Shown here: one piece after another, positions 43,170 through 55,007 of the stretch | Numbering within the stretch: the stretch's first letter is position 1 | How the letters are laid out: the number at the start of each line of letters is the position of its first letter | Assembly (NCBI GenBank): GCA_963825865.1 | Contig: CAWGVG010000057.1 | Location: 47,535 to 111,534 of the forward strand | Source: an uncultured Nitrososphaeraceae archaeon | GTDB taxonomy: Archaea; Thermoproteota; Nitrososphaeria; Nitrososphaerales; Nitrososphaeraceae | Reading direction: 5' to 3' | DNA: 64,000 nt | Program-made: the position numbers and the translations under genes | Notes under the pieces: generated by a model | Seen by the model: only the letters and a program-made list of their open reading frames with translations | Databases searched by the model: none | What the model was told of the DNA's origin: nothing

Positions 43170-43488
43170 ATGAACGAACAAACAATACATGCAGAGATAA
43201 GTGTTATACCTATCGGAACAATCTCAGGAACGAGTATGAGCAAAGAAATCGCTGCCTGCCTTTGATGCTATTCGTAGAATAAAAGACTTGAAGGCTATGC
43301 TTACACCCATGGGAACTCAGATAGAAACAAACAATTTTGCTAATATCCTAGCTGCAATTGAAGCTGCCCATCTAGCTGTTCGATCAGGTGGTGCAAAGAG
43401 AATAATAACAACAATCAGAATAGATCAAAGGTTAGATAAATCAATTAGTCTACAGAAAAAGATAGATTCTGTAATGGAAAAATTATAG
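43170..43488 (+). CDS. Thiamine-binding / MTH1187-family protein (frameshift near 43255)
   Basis: AEISVIPIG...SMSKEIA joins LTPMGTQIE...GAKRIITTIRIDQRLDK. Confidence 0.85.
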
Positions 43489-43707
43489 CGTCCAATAGAA
43501 TTGATTGATTATTAGTCAAACTTAAATTGAAATCGACTAGATAATGACCTGCTACTGTCAAAAGAATGGTCGGAAAAGTACTACATTATAGAAAAATGAC
43601 ATGATCAGTTGAGGAGATAAACTTTCTGATGCATTACAATAGTGACGAAAACAATTCTGTATACAATATTATAAAATTACATTACGAAGCAGCGATATGA
43701 GAGGTCG

Positions 43708-44016
43708 TTATACTTCTATATATAGAGTGTCATTGTCCACATTAACTTTAAAAGACTCCTCTGGATTTAATTTTTGCGGGAACCAGATTAAATTGCCTGT
43801 TGTGACATCCCACTTCGCACCATGCCAAGGGCATGTTAGTTCCTTGCCGCTAAGTTCACCTTCATGAAGTTCGGCTCCAGCATGATTGCAAATATTGTTT
43901 ATTGCGTAGTAATTTCCTCCTACATTTGCAACTAGAATTTCCTTTCCAGCTGCTGTTACATGAGTTAATTTTCCTTCAGTAATGTCAGAAGTTTTTCCTA
44001 CAACAATTTTTGCCAT
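43708..44016 (-). CDS. Rieske-type [2Fe-2S] ferredoxin
   Basis: CNH...CPWHG motifs. Confidence 0.95.
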   Translation of the reverse strand: MAKIVVGKTSDITEGKLTHVTAAGKEILVANVGGNYYAINNICNHAGAELHEGELSGKELTCPWHGAKWDVTTGNLIWFPQKLNPEESFKVNVDNDTLYIEV

Positions 44017-44474
44017 AAAAATGATATCAAAATGCCATATTTTAAGATCTCATTTATCAAATACTACTCCATTTCACATGATGTAAAAATCATTGTTCTA
44101 GAAACTACCTGCAACCTAGTATATGTGATTGATAACAGTCGATTTCTCTCATTGTATAAAAATGCACTATTACTTCAACAACAAAATAGCCCATTGCTTA
44201 TGCCTAAGCATTCTAGTCCATGTTTACTAATTTTTACTTTTGCATAATCACATATACTGCTGATCTTTCCCTTATCTTACCAAAATCATAACATACGAGA
44301 AATCGATTAAAGTAAAGAATTTCCATACCGCGTTGTTTTATATAACATTCATTTTCTGTTTGTTATTTATATGTCTAATTACTACGGTTTATCGGGATAG
44401 ATAGAAAATTAATATTCATTAATTTTCGTTACCATCTAAAGTATAATTATCGATAGGTGATTTTTGTTGTTGTT

Positions 44475-45218
44475 TCATTTAATCTCAAATGAATCCATCA
44501 TTTTTTTTATAATTGGGATGAAATCAGAGTATTTTGATGCTTCCGCAGTATAACTGATGATAAATCCTTTATCGCCTTTCACTGTCAAAACCTCCATAGC
44601 CTTAATAATATCTTGTTCATCTCTATACTGGTATACTATTTTCTGTGCCGGGTTGTCTGCAAGTGTAGTCTTTTCATCTGATTCTGACTTGATAAAATCA
44701 AAATCTGGTAATTTTTTTGTTAGTAAGGAAGTAAAATATGAAAGAATGAATCCGCGCAGCAATATTTTTTGGGAATCTGATTTATCAAAAAATGTAGTAA
44801 ATTGATCCAACATATTGTGAGGAGGTAAATTATGGACTGATATGTGAATAGTGGCTAAATCGTTTTGTAAAGGCTTCTCTGATGGCGATTTGAATTCGAC
44901 AACAGCTTTATCATGATCTCCTTTAAAAGTTACAGGTTCTATTTTGTTCCAGTTAGTAGGGTACTTTATTGTTATTCCATAACTAGGATTTTCATATTCC
45001 AAGAAATTGCTTTTAGATTCCTTATTAGCTGTCTGCGCTACAGTTTTAGATTCCTTATTAGCTGTCTGCTTATTATCTGTCTCTGCCATTGCGTGTTGAG
45101 GAATATACAGCAATACGGTACTAGTTAATAATGAAGAAAATATCAATAATGCGAACAGAATAACAAAATATGATGATGAATGTTTAATAATTTCTCTCAG
45201 TTTTTGTTTTACACTCAT
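44475..45218 (-). CDS. PsbP-related secreted/membrane-anchored protein
   Basis: N-terminal TM; YENPSYGITIKYPTNW and KGFIISYTA...MMDSFEIK; short internal duplication QTANKESK x2. Confidence 0.8.
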   Translation of the reverse strand: MSVKQKLREIIKHSSSYFVILFALLIFSSLLTSTVLLYIPQHAMAETDNKQTANKESKTVAQTANKESKSNFLEYENPSYGITIKYPTNWNKIEPVTFKGDHDKAVVEFKSPSEKPLQNDLATIHISVHNLPPHNMLDQFTTFFDKSDSQKILLRGFILSYFTSLLTKKLPDFDFIKSESDEKTTLADNPAQKIVYQYRDEQDIIKAMEVLTVKGDKGFIISYTAEASKYSDFIPIIKKMMDSFEIK

Positions 45219-45315
45219 GGAGTAATAATAATTTCCTTTGTCTACCTAAATATAATGCCTTGCTTAACATGGTTAACTTTATAATATCTGCAATTATCCA
45301 TTAATCTATTCGCCA

Positions 45316-45660
45316 ATGTCTGGTTCTGAAGCATCATATAGAGACAGAATTTACATTGTTAAAGATGTAATCCTGAAACTTATAGAATATGGTGAACTGA
45401 ATCAGACTACCTTAGTAAGTTTTTGTGGGCTGAATTTGAAAAAACACAAATCTATTCTTGACGATTTGGAATTAAATGAGTTAATAGCTAAAAATGAGAT
45501 ACCAATTGGAAAAAGAACAGTTACAGTTTATAAAGCTGCACAGAAAGGAATCGAATTTTGCAGAAGCATTTTAGAACCATATGAGAAAATGTTTCCTAGA
45601 CGAAAGAGTGTTTTTGAAAATAAACCAGATGAAGAAAGGGAGCTAGCTCAACATTCTTAA
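45316..45660 (+). CDS. Winged-helix transcriptional regulator
   Basis: YRDRIYIVKDVI...LNQTTLVSFCGL...YKAAQKGIEF. Confidence 0.8.
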   Translation: MSGSEASYRDRIYIVKDVILKLIEYGELNQTTLVSFCGLNLKKHKSILDDLELNELIAKNEIPIGKRTVTVYKAAQKGIEFCRSILEPYEKMFPRRKSVFENKPDEERELAQHS

Positions 45661-46100
45661 TCTTGATGATAATTGTTGCCTAAACTGTTATCTAATCCAT
45701 ATTGTGATGCAATTGTTTTATCTATCTCTTGTTTTTCCTTTATATATTCATTATATCTTTTATTCCAAGAACCAATTAGGCGATATTGTCTAATTCCTGT
45801 TATAAGCCATATTAAAGAGATAATAATAACTGCACCTAATAATATACTAAGAACAAGACCAAATTCATTTTCTATTTCAAGAATGGCAAAGAATGAGGGA
45901 TTCCACATTAGGTAGACAGAAAGCGCTATTGCAAGAGGCGCTAGGACCATGGCAGAAATGGAAACTCCACGAAGGGTTTTTCTTACTTGAAATATTTGTT
46001 CTATAAAGTCATCAACTATACTTAGCACATCGTGACGAGATGTATTGAGCCTTTTTCTTTCATCAGCATATTTGCTCATACGACAATAAGGTAATGCCAA
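45657..46100 (-). CDS. Two-TM membrane protein of unknown function
   Basis: Two hydrophobic helices followed by a charged helix (WNKRYNEY); start uncertain. Confidence 0.7.
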   Translation of the reverse strand: MALPYCRMSKYADERKRLNTSRHDVLSIVDDFIEQIFQVRKTLRGVSISAMVLAPLAIALSVYLMWNPSFFAILEIENEFGLVLSILLGAVIIISLIWLITGIRQYRLIGSWNKRYNEYIKEKQEIDKTIASQYGLDNSLGNNYHQD

Positions 46101-46304
46101 CTATCTTATATAGATAGTGATTAACAAAGTTAATTTAGATCAATTAGTCAAGAAAAATTGCACTGCTACAAAATCTACGTGTTATAAAATATTCTGAATT
46201 ATGTGTATAGCAAGAGAAAATAGAAATGGAAAGTAGCACTGATGGGTAATTGTTTGTAAAACTCGGGTGGGCAGCTCTGGCAGATTCCACATATATATCC
46301 TAAT

Positions 46305-46802
46305 TTATTGTGATTCTACTACTACAGTCCCTTTCATCTCTGGGTGTATGGTACAGTAATATGTAAAAGTGCCGACTTTATTTGCAATAAAGGTAATGGT
46401 CTGAGATCCAAAATATCCTAAATTCTTTGTATGTACTTTGAATGCATCTATATTGAGATTATGGTTTGAGCTGGTGTCCTCATTAATTATATGAATGGAT
46501 TCTAACTCTCCCTGTCTTAAAGTAATTGTTGGACTGTTATAACCTATTCCTATACTCCTTCTGGCACTACTAGTGGATTGGCTAGTAAATACATAGCCGG
46601 TTTGTGGGGAATATGAAGCTTTAACGAAGGTATTTGTTGGAGCAGCAAATACTGGCGAATTACCATTTACTGGAACTAGCGAATGTATTCCAAGGTAGAC
46701 AATTATTGATACAACGACTACTGCAACACCAATTCCTAGTATCATCCATTTAGAGAGGAATTTTTTACTTTTAGCGTTCTTTTGTTTGGTCTTTTTATTC
46801 AT
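46305..46802 (-). CDS. Membrane-anchored cupredoxin
   Basis: TM helix; HNLNI...GTFTYYCTIHPEMKG. Confidence 0.9.
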   Translation of the reverse strand: MNKKTKQKNAKSKKFLSKWMILGIGVAVVVVSIIVYLGIHSLVPVNGNSPVFAAPTNTFVKASYSPQTGYVFTSQSTSSARRSIGIGYNSPTITLRQGELESIHIINEDTSSNHNLNIDAFKVHTKNLGYFGSQTITFIANKVGTFTYYCTIHPEMKGTVVVESQ

Positions 46803-47648
46803 GAAAAAAGTCATGCTGATAGCTAATTTAGATGTTATACTGCTATGAGTAGTTGAAAAATCGAGATTTTCTAGGAATATATACATAATAGGACATAGCC
46901 TTATTTACTTCCTTCAGTTTCTATTAGAAGAATGATGATCTTCTATTCTATCTACTCCAATTACTACTACTAGTAAAGATTTTGTCAAAGTTGGATAATC
47001 TACATCTGATTTTGATGATCCTCCTGAATATATTTTGACTATTGTTGCCAATCAAAATAAGAACAATATATCGGTCAATTATAGGAAGAAATCATATAAT
47101 GAATGCCGTGAAGAAATAGAACTGCCACCTAAACCTGCTAGTGCTCTAAAGTGTTCTATTAATCTGAGAAATAATTTCGCAAACCCCAATTTAAAGAACT
47201 ATGAGATAAAACCAAAATCAAGTACTTTGTTACTGTTGACAGTCGAAACTTATTGAAGAATAATTACCGGTTATAGATAATTTCGATATCAAGAATTCTA
47301 GACAGTGATTACTAAAGTATAGCAAAAAGTTAATGAAAAGGAGTCTTTAAACGCAATTCAAGTCCTGCAAATACATTTGTAGATCCAGCATATCACTACC
47401 CATCCCAAATCTTGTGAATCTAATGGCTATCCTTCCCGAGAACACAACGGCACCTGTTAGTCTTACAACAACGGCGTCACGTGCTAAGGACAAGTAAGTA
47501 GATGTTGATGCGTTCTTTTTGTGATTGCATTTAATATTAGTCTAAAGTTTCATTTGTCTTGATATACTGCAGTAACTGCAGTAACTGCAGGTCAACCAAT
47601 TATAAAACAGAAGCAGAAATAACTGAAGATTCTATGGAGCGAAAATTA

Positions 47649-47800
47649 ATGGAAAGAACAGAAGATTGGATGTCCCTATTGCAGCAAAACTGCATCCAGA
47701 CATTGGGAACCTTAAGGTTCACATAAAGAGAGAAAGCACAATAGGATTAGGTCATCCAGTCGAGTCGGAATCACATTCTACTACCACACATTTCTTAATG
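47649..47800 (+). pseudogene. Fragment of a C2H2 zinc-finger protein
   Basis: Across indels it reads CPYCSKTASRHWNLKVHIKRKH. Confidence 0.55.
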
Positions 47801-48995
47801 ATATAAAGAATTTACCACGCAATATTTACAACAATGGTGTATATATATAATCAAGGTTGTCCATATAATAATTATCTTTCAAAACTACATATCAACAACA
47901 AAATATGAGAAGAATCTTTCAAAAAAATAGATTTTTTGGATTAAATGCAATAAAGATTACGCAAAATGGTAGAAGTAAAGAATATGGCAACACAACTTTT
48001 AGAACAAGCCCTGTTATAGGCAGTATCTCGTTTTTTAGTGGCGATACCATCACATCACCTCCTCCACCAACAGCTTCATCATTGAATTTTGACATCCAAA
48101 TGAAAAATATTGTGATTAAAAATAAATATACGGGATTTCGAGCATACATTTGTTATAGATGCTTATAAAATACAGTTGATCTAGTATTTGACAACGTATG
48201 CATGAAATCACTAATGTAGTTCAAAGTTCCTTCCCATATATGTAATCCTGAAGAACTTGAGGAGACACAAGTATGATGATGGATATTTCAAACAAGAAAA
48301 AACAGTTATAGGAAAAATTAACTAGTTTTCTAATACTGATAGTTAGTAGCGCATTCGGTCAAAGGGAAATAATATATTTAAAAAGCTGAAGAATTAGCTT
48401 CATACAAATTTAATCCACAGTATAATAAAAAAGATATGCAATAGGCCAATGAAAGGAGAGTAACGTCGATTGGAGAAGAAAAATATATTGACTTAGGCCA
48501 TGTAAAAGAGAACCACCGAGCTTATAGTGCAATCAAATAACATAAAATGCCCGTAATAATAGATAAGAATGAATTAACAGATTTTCTTTATCTTGCAAAG
48601 GCAACTTTTGGTCATTTTCAATTTGAAATAGATGGATCAATTTACGATGATTTTATGTATCTATCATCTAATAAATATGTCAACTAAAAATCTATATTGC
48701 ATGATCGCGTCATGGTTAGATACGTCAATATATACTAAACAGAGTAATACAAAACAAAAGCAACAACTTTGACTACATCACGAACTGATGCTACTGGCAC
48801 AACTACAGATGCTTCAAAAATAAAGTAGATGCATTTTCTAACAGATGACACCATAAATGCAGGAGACTTATACTGCACATGCAATAGTTATGATGTAGGT
48901 ATAAAACTCAATGAAATGGAATGCTGGGAAACAATGATGTAAAAGTCATTAATTATATGTCTGTTTAAATATCTATAAGGTATGGAGAATTATCG

Positions 48996-49127
48996 TTACA
49001 TGTCGTGTTCTGCTTTTTGATGTTCACCTAATTTATCTAGGCCATCAAATGTCTTTTTACATAAATCGCAGATTAAAGGGTTCAAATTATTATCGTCATA
49101 ATCTACACCCGGCTCGCCTTGATTCAT
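48996..49127 (-). CDS. C2H2 zinc-finger microprotein (43 aa)
   Basis: MNQGEPG...ICDLCKKTFDGLDKLGEHQKAEHDM. Confidence 0.8.
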   Translation of the reverse strand: MNQGEPGVDYDDNNLNPLICDLCKKTFDGLDKLGEHQKAEHDM

Positions 49128-49764
49128 ATGTGTTTCGTACTGTAAACAACATACAATAAAGCAGTTATATTTAATCTTCGGTTTCTTCTTTGAGCGTAGG
49201 ATAACCTCGAGACTTACAAGGTTCAGACATTCCGATCTTTTAAATGACATCTTATATTGCCAAATATTTTTTTAGCTTGCGGGTTGTGGTCATTGTAACT
49301 GTTTTTTCTTCTGATATTGATCTTTCCAAACTATCAAGATCAAATATTGTATTTTAAATTTAGTGACCAGAAAATTTTTCTTTTGTTTGCTGTCGTGTTT
49401 TTTGCAATGATGGTCCATCGCCATTTTCCTATCGCTGGTTCAAGTTCTTTGAGTAATTTACATGCCTGTTTCAGGTCAGTCATTTTGTTTAACAATCTGT
49501 GCTTTGGTGAATACTGATATCAGTGTCGATATGAATTGCTAATAGCTACGATGCAAGCTAAGGCTCGCATGAACAGTCACTACAAGGTAAGAAAAGAAGA
49601 CCCTAATATGTTGATGGTGGAAGGGTATAATATAATTATCTTCATATGAGTTTCTCTTCACAACTACAGCAAACACCGTACGGCATCGAACACATCAAAG
49701 CGCCTGAATCATGGGTTAGCTCAAACAAGTAAGACGCTGGCATATTTGTCGGTGCTCTAGACAT

Positions 49765-51284
49765 CTAGAAGATGCGCTGTACTGGAGGAGGCGTCCAGGT
49801 TCCATTAAGAACCTGTTCTCCTGGCAGATATATGCGCAAAATAAGATTAAATCCATCCTTATCGGCAGGTAGCCAGTTAGATGCTTTATCTGCTCCAGGA
49901 TTCGCATTCTGTATATAGATGTCAAGAGAGCCATCTGTATTGTTCTTTAATCCTTCAGTATATTTTCCTATTGAGTAACGGTTTATTGGATTGTCTACGA
50001 ACAATGACTTGTTGTTATACATTGTAATAGACCATAAAGCTTTTACAGGTGGAGTTTGTCCGGGGCAAGTGAATTACATAGTTGTTAGCGCCAGAGAAGT
50101 TTTCCTTCATTATCTGTAAATGTGGCAGGATAAAGCGCTTCTTGTGCTATATTGGCGCCTAATCCTAGTTTGGTAACTGCAGCACGGAAAAGGTAGTCAG
50201 TTCCATAAACTCCTGCTTGCGCATTAACAAGCCACCCATTGACATTTATTCCAGCATTTGTTACTTTTGCATCTATCATCTTTTGACCTTCTGTTATACC
50301 GGTCTGCATGCCGCTTTTATTGTATCATTAGCTGCAGTTGATGGTACCTTGCCAGGTCCTATACCTATACTTGCAAGCTTAGTCACAAGTCCGGGATCTG
50401 GTGGGTTTAGTGGGTTGCCAATCATTGCTTGGCCTATTTCATCATATATTTTGATACCGGTAGTAGGTATCAACGCAGGTTGAGGTCCAATTGGAACTTG
50501 TTTTGTTGAAGACGCATTTGCTGCTATTGCTACTGATGATGATTGTGATGGTGTCGCCTTTCCTTGGAAAGCAGATAGTGGTTTCACGCTTATCTTGTCT
50601 TGGATTGCATGGACATTAGGCAGATCGGATCGTCCTTTTACTAGTATCCCGTTGATAAACCACGCAAGATTTGTTGGAGACCCTATCTTTGTCATTCCTT
50701 CGGGAACCTGTCCATACCAGTCTGGCCCAGCAATAAGATAGGTATCTCCTGTGGTTCCTGTAGCACGCGTTCCAACGTAAGCATAATCATTTGTATATGC
50801 ATCTAAGAACTCAAACGTAGAATATCTGTCAGTAATAGGAGGTACAACAAGAACTATTGGCTCATTTTGAGATCGAACTGTGTTTGACAGTATACGGTAT
50901 CAGAATTTGGACTGACAACATCGGTGAAACTGGCATTTACAAGGTTACGAGCACAGGATATCGTATTGGCAGGACCGCGGCCACTCCAGGAAGAACATTT
51001 GGACTGGTCACAAAATGGAATTGTCTTTCCATCGTAACAAGGGGAAATCCCCAGATGTATGCAAGTGTAGCTACATCTTCTGGCTTGTTTGACGATGAAA
51101 GCTGTGCCATCTTTATGTTCAGTTCTTCACTTTGAGCTGGAGAGCCAGCTACTAGTGAAGCAGGAGCGAGCACCTGAACTGCAGGTAAAATTTGCATAAC
51201 ACTGAAAAATCCTGAAAAACATAGGCCAACTACAGACAACAATATAATCGCAATTTTTATGATTTTTATAGTACTTTCAATCAT
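49765..51284 (-). CDS. DUF1254/DUF1214 exported protein (several frameshifts; possibly a pseudogene)
   Basis: AYIWGFPLV, PNSDTVY, DAYTNDYAYVGTRATG, YGTDYLFRA, GLGAN, INRYSIG, DGSLDIYIQ, NWLP and LRIYLP across frames. Confidence 0.85.
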
Positions 51285-51567
51285 AAAACAGCTATAGAAG
51301 ATGTTTTTTAATGTGTCTAACACTAACTATATGGTGTAGACGAAACTATCGCATTTATCATTTATCAAGAAGTAGATGGCAACTATTGCCGCTATATTCT
51401 TTCAATCCTGTTCATCATCCACTCATCTATATGTGTCTATTACTACATTCCTCTACCCCCATCTATATACTACTATCTAGTTATCCAACTAGATACCGTT
51501 CATCTGAGTATGAAAAAATAACAGTTTAACTTATTAGTCTGCCTCAAAAGAGTTTGTTTTGGATACT

Positions 51568-52935
51568 TTAACGTGCTCCAAATTTGTTTTTTGTATTCTT
51601 TACCACCTTTGCAACGTTATCTATAATTTTTAATGAGGCAGAGAGATGATTTTTAGCATTAAATATAGTTTTTAATTCCATTGATGATAGATTTTTTGCT
51701 AGATTGGAATCTTCCTTTATGGCATGAAAGAAATGACTTCTGCTTTCAATCGCTTTAAATGCTACCCTTTGAATATCCCTATATGCTTCAAATCTGGGAA
51801 CTCCTTTCTTCACCAGTGCTTCCAGAACAAATTCTGCGTAGATTTGACCCATTGTCATATTCAAATTTGAAGTAATTCTTTCTGTGTTTATGTTCAGTTC
51901 TGAAATAACCTTAACCATTGAATTTAACATATCGTCCAAGAGAATTGTAGACATTGGAATGGTAAACCGTTCATTTGCTGAATTTGATAGATCTCTTTCA
52001 TGCCATAAGGCAACATTTTCCATTGCTATGTTAACGATGGAACGTAGAATCTTTGCTAGAGAAGAAACTCTCTCACTTTTGATTGGATTACGTTTAATAG
52101 GAACCGCACTACTTCCCATCTGACCTTTTCTGAAGGGTTCTGCAACTTCACCCACTTCTGTTCTTTGCAAATTCCTAACTTCAATTGCAATTTTATCAAG
52201 CGTACAACCTACAAGTGCAATCAAAAATTGCATCTCGGCATATCGTTCACGGGAAACAACCTGTGTAGCAGCACCAACAGCATAAAGCCCCAGATGCATA
52301 GCAACTGTTTTCTGTACTTTTAATGCTCGATTCCCCATTAAAGAGCCTGTTCCAACAACACCGAGTGTCTTGCAAAGTAGAAAACGTTTTTTACCCTCTT
52401 CAATTCTTTCAATATGTTTTGCCATTTCTTCAGCCCATACCGCAAATTTCAATCCAAAAGCTATGATACTTGCATGTTGTCCGTGTGTTCTTCCAACTGC
52501 AGGTTGTGCTTTATATTCTACTGCCCTATCAATTAGGACCGTTGCCAGATTTAAAATCTTGGATTCAATAATATTAAATGCATCCTTCATTTGCATCGAA
52601 GTGCTTGTATCTACAACGTCGTTACTTGTCAAGCCATAATGGATCCATGGCTTGGCTTTAGCTGAACATTGTTCACTTAATGCCTCAACTAATGCTGCCG
52701 TATCGTGTTCACTAATTGCCTCTAACTCTCTAATCCTTTCTAGTCTAACCCTGCCAGATTTTGTCGCTTTCACAATTTCTTTTGAAGCATCAGCCGGAAT
52801 CATCTTAATTTGAGCTTGGGCCGTTGCTACCGAAGCTTCGAAATCTAATTGATATTGTAGCCGTTTTTCTTCTTCAAATATCTGCTTAATTTCTTTGCTT
52901 CCATATCGTCCTGAGTCAATTGGTAGAATAGCCAT
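51568..52935 (-). CDS. purB: Adenylosuccinate lyase
   Basis: HYGLTSND, GRTHGQHA, GSSAVPIKRNP and LWHERDLSNS. Confidence 0.97.
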   Translation of the reverse strand: MAILPIDSGRYGSKEIKQIFEEEKRLQYQLDFEASVATAQAQIKMIPADASKEIVKATKSGRVRLERIRELEAISEHDTAALVEALSEQCSAKAKPWIHYGLTSNDVVDTSTSMQMKDAFNIIESKILNLATVLIDRAVEYKAQPAVGRTHGQHASIIAFGLKFAVWAEEMAKHIERIEEGKKRFLLCKTLGVVGTGSLMGNRALKVQKTVAMHLGLYAVGAATQVVSRERYAEMQFLIALVGCTLDKIAIEVRNLQRTEVGEVAEPFRKGQMGSSAVPIKRNPIKSERVSSLAKILRSIVNIAMENVALWHERDLSNSANERFTIPMSTILLDDMLNSMVKVISELNINTERITSNLNMTMGQIYAEFVLEALVKKGVPRFEAYRDIQRVAFKAIESRSHFFHAIKEDSNLAKNLSSMELKTIFNAKNHLSASLKIIDNVAKVVKNTKNKFGAR

Positions 52936-53091
52936 ATCTATTACAAAGCCAACGCTAGGAAAAATAAATCTTGTTAGGATGTATATTTCATATATTATTA
53001 CTAAATATGAAAGCCGTTTTAGTTTATACGAAAGCATTAACTAAGAAGCAATGCTTATAATAACTGCTAAACGAAAACATTGAAGAAAACG

Positions 53092-54570
53092 ATGAGTGAA
53101 TTATTAACTAAACGCGGTAACCATAGAGTCAGAAAAATTAATGACTTGGAATTCCAGATCGAAAAAGATGTATCTAAGGGAATGAGGGTACCAGTTAAAA
53201 TTTATGCTAACGACGATCTTATTTCAAAAATGGTTATTGACAGAACCATTGATCAGGCAGTAAATGTCTCAACATTGCCTGGAGTGACAAAACACGTTGT
53301 AGTTCTTCCAGATGGACATGAAGGTTATGGATTTCCGGTAGGTGGAGTAGCGGCAACTGACCTTGAAGAAGGCGTTATCAGTCCAGGTGGAGTCGGATAT
53401 GATATTAATTGTGGTGTCAGATTGCTTAGAACGAGCTTAAATGAAAAGGATATAAAACCAAAAATAAAAGATCTTTTGAACGAACTCTTCAGATCAATTC
53501 CATCAGGACTTGGAAGCAAAGGGACGGTTAAACTAACGAAATCAGACCTTGATGAATTGCTTGTAGAAGGCGTAGAGTGGGCTATTGAGCATGGATATGG
53601 GTGGAAACAAGATGCAGAAGTCTGTGAAGAAGGTGGGAAAATGGTTGGAGCTGATACTGCCAGTGTTTCAGAGATAGCAAGAAAGCGTGGTGCCCCCCAA
53701 TTAGGCAGTTTAGGTTCAGGCAATCATTTTCTTGAGATACAAAAGGTTAACAAGATATTTGATGAAAGGGCTGCAAAAGCTATGGGCATAAATAATGAAG
53801 GCCAGTTGACAGTTTTAATCCATTGTGGTTCAAGAGGATTTGGACATCAGGTGTGCAGCGACTATTTGCGCATTTCAGAAATTGCGTTACGAAAGTATGG
53901 TATGAAAATTGCAGATAGAGAACTTGCGTGTGTACCAAATAACTCCTCAGAAGGCGAAAGTTACCGCAAAGCAATGTATTCTGCTTTGAACTTTGCATGG
54001 TCTAATAGACAGATGATAACACATTGGACAAGAAAGACATTTGAAAAAGTATTTGGAATGAGCGAGCAAGAGATGGACATGAAACTTGTTTATGATGTAT
54101 CCCATAATATTGCCAAAGTGGAACGTCATAAAGTGGATAACGATGGAGGAATGCGTAAATTGGTTGTCCATAGAAAAGGAGCTACTAGAGCATTTCCAGC
54201 AGGTATGGACCAAATTCCACATGAATACCGTAGTATTGGCCAGCCAGTAATTATACCCGGCTCTATGGGAACTGCAAGTTGGATTCTTTTAGGCAATAAA
54301 AAATCTCTTGATTTGAGTTTTGGGTCTACTGCACATGGTGCAGGTAGAACAATGTCAAGATCTGCTGCAAAGCGAACATATACTGTTGAAGGTGTCAAGC
54401 ATGGGCTAGAATCGAAAGGCATCTATGTAAAGGCATTAACAAAGGAAGGAGTGGTAGAAGAAACACCTGATGCATACAAAGACGTTGATTCAATTGCCAA
54501 TGTCTCTGACTCACTGGGAATAGCTACTAAGGTAGTAAGACTAATCCCGATCGGGGTGATGAAAGGTTAA
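53092..54570 (+). CDS. rtcB: tRNA-splicing ligase RtcB
   Basis: PDGHEGYGFPVG, GYDINCG, GSGNHFLE, HCGSRG, HNIA, HRKGAT, HGAGR and EETPDAYK. Confidence 0.98.
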   Translation: MSELLTKRGNHRVRKINDLEFQIEKDVSKGMRVPVKIYANDDLISKMVIDRTIDQAVNVSTLPGVTKHVVVLPDGHEGYGFPVGGVAATDLEEGVISPGGVGYDINCGVRLLRTSLNEKDIKPKIKDLLNELFRSIPSGLGSKGTVKLTKSDLDELLVEGVEWAIEHGYGWKQDAEVCEEGGKMVGADTASVSEIARKRGAPQLGSLGSGNHFLEIQKVNKIFDERAAKAMGINNEGQLTVLIHCGSRGFGHQVCSDYLRISEIALRKYGMKIADRELACVPNNSSEGESYRKAMYSALNFAWSNRQMITHWTRKTFEKVFGMSEQEMDMKLVYDVSHNIAKVERHKVDNDGGMRKLVVHRKGATRAFPAGMDQIPHEYRSIGQPVIIPGSMGTASWILLGNKKSLDLSFGSTAHGAGRTMSRSAAKRTYTVEGVKHGLESKGIYVKALTKEGVVEETPDAYKDVDSIANVSDSLGIATKVVRLIPIGVMKG

Positions 54571-55001
54571 TGTCAAAAGAAGAAGAAGACCCAGATATTG
54601 CAATTATCAAAGCTCGAAAGATGAAGGAGCTAAGGGAACAGGCTACTGCACTTGAAAATGCAAGAATAAAAAAGCAACAACAACAAGAACAAATGCTGCG
54701 ACCAAAAAAAACTGATAGAGAAATTATATCTGGCTACTTATACGATAGAGGGGAAGAAGTTCTAAAACTTGCCGAATCTCAGTTTCCACTCCAGACAAAA
54801 TCAATAGTCAGTGGACTTGTAGAATTGATTAAAGTAGGTGAGCTCAAACAAAATATATCTGGTGGAGAATTACTAGCATTATTTCGCTCTGTTGGAATAA
54901 ACGTTAGAATTAACACAAGTATCAAAATTGAAGATCACGGTAAGTTAGTTTCATTCTCAGATAAACTCAAGCAAGAGAATGAAGATATGAAGGATGGCTA
55001 A
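54570..55001 (+). CDS. PDCD5-like double-stranded DNA-binding protein
   Basis: DIAIIKARKMKEL N-terminus and a helical domain; start overlaps the rtcB stop (TAATG). Confidence 0.7.
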   Translation: MSKEEEDPDIAIIKARKMKELREQATALENARIKKQQQQEQMLRPKKTDREIISGYLYDRGEEVLKLAESQFPLQTKSIVSGLVELIKVGELKQNISGGELLALFRSVGINVRINTSIKIEDHGKLVSFSDKLKQENEDMKDG

Positions 55002-55007
55002 TGAAGT

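Noticed and set aside
3072-43488. Frameshifts in conserved genes (cupredoxin, alba, radical SAM, sod, pckA, PKD protein, MTH1187) as programmed frameshifting or mass pseudogenisation
   Set aside because: They are isolated single-base indels, often at short homopolymers, with no accompanying nonsense substitutions or shared slippery motif; long-read consensus error is the simpler explanation.
1972-54422. Numerous antisense or overlapping ORFs in the track (e.g. inside coxA, tatD, smc, purB, rtcB)
   Set aside because: Shadow ORFs of well-supported genes with no recognisable motifs.
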